Shown: positions 56,168-64,000 of the stretch, one piece after another
Layout of the letters: the number at the start of each line of letters is the position of its first letter
Numbering within the stretch: the stretch's first letter is position 1
Assembly: GCF_006345805.1 (NCBI RefSeq)
Contig: NC_042997.1
Coordinates: 3,162,001 to 3,226,000, forward strand
DNA: 64,000 bases
Source of the DNA: Octopus sinensis
Lineage: Eukaryota
Direction: 5' to 3'
Made by a program: the position numbers and the translations under genes
Notes under the pieces: generated by a model
What the model was told of the DNA's origin: nothing
What the model saw: the letters and a program-made list of their open reading frames with translations, nothing else
The model's database searches: none

Positions 56168-59100
56168 ATGGTAGTAAATAAAGTTTTCCCTCCCCATCCG
56201 TCTGTCACAGGCAACAATACAGGAGAAGGAGATGAGGAGAAAAACAAGAATGTCTTGCTACAAAGTACAACAAACAGTAACAACAGTAGTAGCAGAAACA
56301 CTAGCAGCGGTAGAAATGAGATAAGTAGCTGCAACAGCAGTCGCAGCAGTAGCAGGAGTAAGAGCAGCAACGACCACGAAAAAGAAAGCGAAAGTAGTGG
56401 TTGTAGCGATACCAACAACAATAACAACAACGAGAAAAAATTTGACGACAGCGATATCAACAACAACAGTATCAGCAACATCGATAAGAACGACAACAAC
56501 AACAGCAGCAACTGTGACAAGAAACAATTTACAACGAAAACAATATAAGTATAAATATCAAAAGTACTTTTGCAGCAGCAGCAGCAGCAGACAAGACCAA
56601 ACATCAATATATCGTAGACCTCACAAATAGGGAGCAGATGCTCCCTAAGGCATGGAAACTGATTAAAGAAGAGAAAAACTTAGCAAAGCTGACAATCCCA
56701 TCAGTGGCAATTCAAGGAGTGGAGAGAACTGTGTTTTTCAGATGCATATCAGCAGATACGAAAAGAACGGCTTTGATAGCCCAAGTAGATATTGAGGCGG
56801 CACTGACGTGCATGAGAAACGACATCGAATACATAGCAAAAAATACTGCACCATTTCGGTGCTGTTTAAATCAGAAGACCTCGCTATGAAACATTCAATG
56901 ACCACCTGCAAGACCAGCAAAATCATAATGTAGCCCTCCCACATGGGGAACGTACAGCCCGTGTCCGCTTTCCTGGAATCACCCTAGGACTAGATATTTG
57001 GTGGCTTCTGGGGTGCGTAGTCATGGAGGAGACGGATCTGCCAGGGAGGACTGGTCAGAGTTGACCTGGAGATATTTCTCCAGATTCGACTCGAGAGCAG
57101 AAAAAATCCCGGACTACATCCTATTTCTTTACTACCCACAAGGGGCCAAACACAGAGAGGACAAACAAGGACAGACACACGCATTAAGTCGATTATATCA
57201 ACCCCAGTGCGTAACTGGTACTTATTTAATCGACCCCGAAAAGATGAAAGGCAAAGTCTTCAAATTCCTCGGCGGAATTTGAACTCAGAACGTGACGGCA
57301 GACGAAATACGGCTAAGCATTTCGCCCGGCGTGCTAACGTTTCTGCCAGCTCGCCGATCCGTCACCAGGCCACATTGTTTGAGGTGTAGAGAAACGACTC
57401 ATTTGGCTGCTCGCTGCCCCACACACTCCACTACTGCCTACACCGGGAAGAGAAGCACAAGCATCACTCGCACCGGCAAAACCACCACCAACAACACCAA
57501 AGTCATTAACAACCCTAGGGGCAAACAAGAAAAGCTATTCCACCCCCTCACACCAAACAAAAGTACACACATAAGCAAGATTATAAACATACACAAATAC
57601 ACACTTACAGCAACAGAACATTCACCTTCCAGTAGTGAAGATGATGGAAAACCGAAAGGTCCAAAAAGCATGAAAGAAAGCACAAAAGATAAACCCTTTA
57701 AAGCATAGCAACACCCACAAAAATGCAAACACCTCCCACACAAACATCTACCACAAAACACCAACACAAATACAACCAACACAATCACTATCATCAGAAT
57801 CCGCCAAACGCAAACAACCTAAACAGGAACAGACATTCACACAACTATCTAAAAGACCATCACTACTACAGTCCAGCAAACGAATTAAACAAAACCAGCA
57901 CAAAACACCCAACTTAGTACTGATCAGAAGGGACAATGAAGAACTGACGGCACTCGTAACAAATAACACGGAATTTGAAACAGCGAGGAGGTGATATATG
58001 AATCGAACACATTCCGTGTACCAGAAGGTTTTCTGGTGCATATGTCGCTCGATTCGTACATAAAATTTTGAGAGAGCTTTCTGGAGGTCGTGGAAACCCC
58101 GAGCGTGATACTAACATCGAGGTTCTTAAAAGAGTTCTCTAAAAAGACCCCCCTACAAATTATGGAGGTCGAACCATGCCACCTTCACAAGACACCGGGA
58201 GGTAAGTATACCTTTCCGTTCTCTTTTTAGCTTGCCAAAGTGCCATACTATGAGTAGGAATTTTAAATGTCCGAAGCCTGGAGTACCTCTGGAAGTAAGG
58301 AACGCCTGCTCAACGAGCTCAGGTCTCTAGAACTGGATATAATTGCAGTCAGTAAAACCAGAATTTCAAAGAGACAACAATCAGAACTTTGCGTTCTGTT
58401 AGTCGGCCGGGAACGGGATGTGGAGTGGCAGTGCTCTTTAGGAAAGAACTGGATCTTGGATGTAAGTAACAGTGAACGTAGTGTCTTTAGACTGGTGGCC
58501 GTTTACGCTTTTACCGGAGCAACACGGCCTAATTTCTTTAGGTGTCCGGAAGGCATTCTATGTACGTCTCACCCTGTTCTGTCAATAGGAGACTGAAATG
58601 GAATCTTGGATCAACACTGGGTTGTGATGGCGTAGCTGATAGAAGAGGTGGGTGGAAAAACCTCCAGCACATGACTAGACAGTTTCAGCTGCCTGACAGT
58701 TACCGATGAGCTTTTCTTAGTGCAGCAGTGTGAACCTGGACCAAAGGCTTAGGGTCCACTTATTAAAACGGTCGCCTATGCAGACCATAAGTTTGCAATA
58801 TGCACAGCCGACCTATATAAGATGCGTTGGCTAGGAACCGAGTACTGGAAGGTGAACATTATTTTCCTGCACGGAAGGCTTACAGGGACCGGGTCAGCAG
58901 TTTAATTAAGAATTTGACAGGGGTGACCTCAACAACAGGTGGTGGGCAGCTCCCAAAAGAGAGCTTAGACGAGGCGTGTTGTATTGGCATTGCAACCGTT
59001 GTGCTAGCAGCACTAATGGCCTTAGACTAGTTCTTCCATGCGAAACATGAAGGTTGCATTATCGGAGTTAAAGCGCGTGCTCTGAGAAAGAAGGGATCAA

Positions 59101-61085
59101 AGTTGTTCGATGGGCCCGCTTGACGGACCTGCAGTGTGGTAACAAATCATCAATTCGGTATTTGACAGACCAAGACGGAAACGAGGCTAACGATTGTAAG
59201 CAGGTGTGTGAGGCATTTTCCCAGCACTTAACACAGGTGTTCGAGGAGAGAGGCGGGGCTAAGATGGTGGCGGACTTCAGTTCCGATCTTGACAGCATAC
59301 GCTGGGTGTACTGAAAGGCGGGATGCCTTTGTCGGCTGCACTAGGTGCAAGTCAGCCGGTTTATATGGTCGCACTATGAGCTTTACGTAAATATGCCAGG
59401 CCTGTTCTTCAAACTCCTCGAAGCGCTCTACTGCAACTAGTAGCAGAACAGGAGTATTCCAAGTTCTGTGAGCTAGAGCGAAGTGACACTAATAAGGAAA
59501 GACGCAAACAACAGGTATACATTAGATAACATCAGGCCCCTAATCCTCTTAGCACAGAATTTGCAATTTTGGCCAAGGTTTTAGCGAAGAGATTGGCACT
59601 TGTCGAAGAGAATTTGGTTGGGGAAGCAATCCAGATTAGGTCCATAGGCGACAATCTCCACCTTACGTGATATATCATAGAATGGGTATGGTGTAAAACT
59701 GGCTTCAGCGAGACGAGTTGATGATTAGAGTTGTTAGTCTCACCCATATATGGGTACATTCGAAGTTATTACTGAAAGGTCGGATGGAGGTGGCAAATTC
59801 GTACATCGCGGCCTTTATCTACTACCGCTTGAACATCTTGCCTTGCTTCCGCTCTTGACTCACCAATGTGGGGCGACTCCTCTTCAAATTCTTGTGGAGA
59901 GGACAAGTTCCATTGATGAGGTGGTCCATCTACTGCCAACACCCTCTACGCGGAGGGCTGGGCTTGCCGTGGCTAATGAGGAACAGACATGAACTGCGGC
60001 TGCGTCATCTCCAGATTTTGTTGCTAAACGGTGCTCAGGTGTAGTCGCCGTCCGTTAAACATGACTTTCCCCAGCACATCTCCTTGATGGAGCTACAGTC
60101 CTGGATCAAGTAAAGACCGATTAAGGATGGTTGGCTTCTGACATGTTGCCAGGCATTCATTTCTTTCTACCAGTCGAACAATGCGATCACTGGAACATCC
60201 ACTCTAGTGTTCTATGGAGGGTTAGTGAAGGGAAAGAGCGATAACGCACTCCGAGAGGTGCGGGGCGTTGAGTTATTCGAACTGACCAGTATTTTCAGGA
60301 GGACTTTCGAGCCGGGGACGATGGATAACTTCAAGAAATCACTAGCTTGGCAATTCTACCGAGGAACACTGCCGTTTCGGGATAAACTCTACAGGCACGG
60401 ATACGGTGTTAGACGGGCCTGCCAAACATGCGCGCAGAGCGACGAAACCGTTTTGCACGAACTCGTCCAGTGTCCGTGCATTACTGACTTATAGAGGTAT
60501 GTTTAAGAGATGTTGTAAAGTGTAGGACGGATCTGGCTTTCAGCCGAGTCCATAGTGAAGATCGATCCGCCGTTTTCATTGGTCCAGAAGGGCTGGCAAT
60601 TTTCCTTAGTCTGAAAGCAGTAGCAAAGGAGGTGAAAAGTACTGAAGACAGGCACTGTTCTCTTCGGCCAATCCCTCATCAACTTTTTCAAAATTTCATT
60701 TGAAAAGGAGGATGAGGGTGGATGAGAAGTGCTGCACCCCACTACATTTGCTAAAATGAGGGTGAATTTAGCGAAAATGGCCGGTGTGAGTAACCTAATC
60801 TGCTAAAGAGCCTGTAAGCCTGGGAATTGAGAGAGAGAAATGTGCCCTTACCGGATGCCCTCGAAGTGCCGATTGGTTAAGGATAGGTGGGGTACCTGAG
60901 CCAACCCCAGCTGGTTAATCGTCTTTTGGTGAACTTTTATTGTTATATTCTTCGTGTTTAATATTATTGTAGTTGTTCTAATTGTGTACTCGTAGATTTG
61001 TGTAAAATCCCTAATGTCCACTTCTACTGCATTGTATTTCATTTATTGACCCATGGTGGCCAATAAATAGATAAATACATAAATA
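56168..61085 (+). mobile_element. Tx1/L1-group LINE, decayed: ORF1 with CCHC knuckle, ORF2 EN-RT-ZnF with internal deletion, 3' UTR and AATAAA/(TAAA) tail
   Basis: ORF1: CLRCRETTHLAARC (CX2CX4HX4C, ~57380). ORF2 (~58245-60806): VGILNVRSL, LDIIAVSKT, RLVAVYA, IGD*N, IRP.....ILAKVLAKRL, FKFLWRGQVP, CQTCAQSDETVLHELVQC. The 5' boundary is uncertain. Confidence 0.85.
57119..57355 (-). mobile_element. SINE family B inserted in Tx1 ORF1
   Basis: Full family B sequence interrupting ORF1 just upstream of the Zn knuckle; short ATCC duplication. Confidence 0.92.

Positions 61086-61180
<95 letters not shown>
61086..61180. repeat. (TAA)n array
   Basis: Visible. Confidence 0.97.
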
Positions 61181-61181
<1 letters not shown>

Positions 61182-61647
61182 TCCTTAGATATGGACCAGG
61201 GGTAACCGAATGGACAGTGGAATAACTAAACAGCTTGGACAGAAAGACAAGGAAGCTGCTAACTTGGTATTGGTCACTTCACCCAAAAAGTGACGCAGAC
61301 GGATTGTATGTACCAAGAAAAAGAGGGCGAAGAGGACTTATAGTATGCGAACTCAGCATTAGAACAGAAATAAAATAACATAGCATAGTATGTAAAATGC
61401 CACAGAACTGCTATTATTAGAAGTAAGAAGGTCAGGCTTGTGTAGGATGAAAGATTGCACAGATAAAGCTCTATAAAAGAAATTGAAAACGAATGAAACT
61501 GTAAATATATGGGTAAAGAATAGAATGCCCGGTTAATTTCATAGGGATGTTGAAGATAAAACAGACAGTAAAAATAAAAGATGGCAGTGGATGAAAAAAA
61601 GTGATTTAAAACCCGAAACGGAGGCGCTAGTCTGTGTTGCCCAAGAT
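61181..61647 (+). mobile_element. R4/Dong-like LINE post-RT fragment starting directly after (TAA)n
   Basis: LRYGPGVTEWT..LDRKTRKLLT...LHPKSDADGLYVPRKRGRRGL and WMKKSDLKPETEALVCVAQD. Confidence 0.85.
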
Positions 61648-62915
61648 AGAAGCAGCAAATGACTTGTGTCCTGAGAAAGCCGATTTGTTTAGAAGTGTCA
61701 GCCATTCGGCAAGCTCAGCTGTGTGGAGAAGAAAAGAACTTGGAGAGAATATAGTGCTACAGATACGTGAGAAAACTAGGGATTCCTCGTGGTATACTCT
61801 GGCGCTGGATGACGCCAGAGGAATGAACTTCATACGAGGTCATACCCTTAATCAGTGCCAATTCCAGGCTTTTCTTGAAGAAACTGATTCTGAATTATGT
61901 TACTTACCTTATCACACAGCAGTGAAGTGGCTCAGTTGCGATAAAGTCTTCTTTCGTTTTTATAAGCTCCGAAAAGATATAAATATATTCTTACCGTAAA
62001 GGATAAATCTGATCCTCTTCTGTCAGACCCTACCTGGCAGTCAAAGTTGTCATTTTTGGTTGACATCACATCCCACACGACTGAATTTTACTTCAGACTT
62101 CAGGGAAAGGATAACCTTGTCTGTGATCTCTACAGAATCATCAAAGAATTTCGGAGAAAGATATTATTGTTTCAAGCACAACTCGAAGGAAGAAAATTTT
62201 CTCATTTTCAGTGTTTTGAAGAGCTTCACACTTTAATCACAGAAGATGTCAACCTCGAGATTCCCAAAAAAAGATTACTTGTGATTTAAATAAGCATTTT
62301 TTGGAGAGATTTTCAGATCTTGAAGGAACTGAAAGTGACATTCTTCGATTCCAGAATCCATTTGATTGTAACCTTGATGACGTGTCGGTTGAACTACAGT
62401 TGGTGTTCATTGATTTGCAAGTAAAAGACTTGATGAAAGAGAAGAACAGAGAAGGAAAACTTGTTGAATTCTATCGCTGCTTATCTGATGATGTGTTTCC
62501 AAATTTGTAGAAATTTGCCTCTGGCATGGCATCAGTGTTTGGAACAACTTATGTCTTTGAAGTCAACACATCCAACGAGGTTGACTGAACATTTGAAAGC
62601 AATTCTCTTGGTTGAATGCAGCAATTCCAAAGAAAATATTGATGATATCTTAAAATCTAAACAACAGTTTCACAAATCTCACCGACCGTTTTTAATGTTC
62701 TAGTTTGTGAGATTCGGATATGTGCACACTGGGTGTGATATAACTATCTTATTGATACCATAACCTTCTTTGATGACTTTTTCGTAAATAAAATTTATGG
62801 TCGTCTTTATTTTTTGTGTATTCACCGTATTGTATTAAACAAAATGGTTATGCGGCCCGAGCTCATCATTCTCTCAGTTATCTGGCCCTCTGTGAAAAGC
62901 GTTTGGTGACCCCTG
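61646..62915 (+). mobile_element. hAT (Charlie/Buster/SPIN-like) transposon, 3' half with terminal inverted repeat
   Basis: YHTAVKWLS (YHTEVRWLS-like), FLVDIT, LQGK, FQNPF, SVFGTTY. Ends GTTTGGTGACCCCTG (reverse complement CAGGGGTCACCAAAC) followed by TTCTAGAG, matching the Charlie NTCTAGAN target preference. Confidence 0.88.
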
Positions 62916-63014
62916 TTCTAGAGAATGTTTAAGAAAACATGAAAATTAGAAGTTTTGTTTTAACATTTGAGATTACATAGACAATATTTTACGTACAATG
63001 TGACTACACCTTTG

Positions 63015-63058
63015 ATAAGTACACCAGGCACATGCATTACAACCATATGTGCGCGACT
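63015..63058 (-). mobile_element. Short family C fragment
   Basis: gataag..caccaggcacatgcattacaaccatatgtgcgcgac matches 55260-55305. Confidence 0.75.
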
Positions 63059-63060
63059 AT

Positions 63061-63214
63061 TTTTGAAAGAGTTCCGTTTCATTTTTAGTATTCTCGTTCG
63101 TGAGAGCAGTCAAGTTTATATCAGAGATTCTCATTTTAAAAATCATCGCCGGCTAAACGTTGAGAGGGCATTTTTGCTATCTTGGTGGAGGTTTACATTC
63201 TCTGAGTGCTCTAG
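63061..63214 (+). mobile_element. Helentron-associated (HINE/DINE-1-like) element, 3' part
   Basis: Direct-repeat homolog of 63585-63735; ends GGTGGAGG..hairpin..CTAG, then (TTA)n. Confidence 0.6.
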
Positions 63215-63215
63215 C

Positions 63216-63289
<74 letters not shown>

Positions 63290-63308
63290 ATTATTATTAT
63301 TATTTTTA

Positions 63309-63359
<51 letters not shown>

Positions 63360-63373
63360 TATTATTATTATTA

Positions 63374-63734
63374 TTATTACCTCCAGCTTAGCGAAGGCAT
63401 AAGTATCATTTTCACTCGTTTTTTTTTCCTTTTATTTGTTTGTCCGTGGACAAGATAACTCAAGAACCAATAGTTGGAGTCGGATGAACCATTCAAGGAT
63501 GTTTAGCATCGTGATTAGGACGAACTGATTAGAGTTTGGGATCGAAGTATTTTGCATTATTTGTCCGATTTTTTACATAATTTTTGAGAGCGTTCGGTTT
63601 CATTTTTAGTATTCTCGTTTGTGAGATCAATCAAGTTTATTTCAGATATACTCATAATAAAAATCATTTCCGGCTGATTATTGAGAGATAATTTTTGTGG
63701 CTTTGGCAGAGGTTTGCACTCTGTGAGTGGTCTA

Positions 63735-63737
<3 letters not shown>
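63374..63737 (+). mobile_element. Helentron-associated (HINE/DINE-1-like) element, near complete
   Basis: 5' TTATTACCTCC subTIR, 3' GGCAGAGG subTIR, CACTC-TGT-GAGTG hairpin, CTAG; embedded in (TTA)n. Confidence 0.65.
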
Positions 63738-63774
<37 letters not shown>

Positions 63775-63811
63775 TATTATTATTATTATTATTATCATTA
63801 TTAATTTTAAA

Positions 63812-64000
63812 TTTGTTTCAGTCATTTGACGGCGGCTATGCTAGAGCACCTCCTTTAGTCGAGCAAATCAACCCCACGACTCATTCTTTGTAACCCTAGT
63901 ACTTATTCTATCTGTATTTTTACCGAAACGCTAGGATACCGGGATGTAAAAAAAAACACCATCGGGGGGACAAACACAGACACAGAAAGATATACACGCA
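63812..64000 (-). mobile_element. SINE family A 3' part (runs off window)
   Basis: tgtttcagtcatttgac...gagcacc..tttagtcgagc. Confidence 0.85.

Overview
AT-rich, microsatellite-dense eukaryotic genomic DNA with one 100-N gap (33241-33340). The SINE and repeat repertoire suggests a coleoid cephalopod, probably Octopus (inference, not verified). No intact host protein-coding gene, tRNA, rRNA or CRISPR array can be supported, and most ORF-track entries are microsatellite translations. The window is a layered transposon graveyard. Helitrons: an internally deleted copy with both ends, a large decayed Rep/PIF1-helicase copy, and several non-autonomous ends. DNA transposons: two mariner fragments, a Charlie/Buster-type hAT 3' half and Helentron-like HINEs. 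LINEs: a nearly complete CR1-group ORF2, a Tx1/L1-group element, an RTE 3' end and four R4/Dong-like fragments. SINEs: about 20 copies from three tRNA-derived families. The most interesting observations are a young ~555-bp non-coding family bounded by (TAA)n next to (TAA)n-abutting R4/Dong fragments, a near-perfect 91-bp fold-back bracketed by a 15-bp direct repeat, a Penelope-type minimal hammerhead motif, a tail-to-tail inverted SINE pair, a 34-bp x4 array at a LINE 5' junction, and a speculative phase-compatible micro-exon chain.
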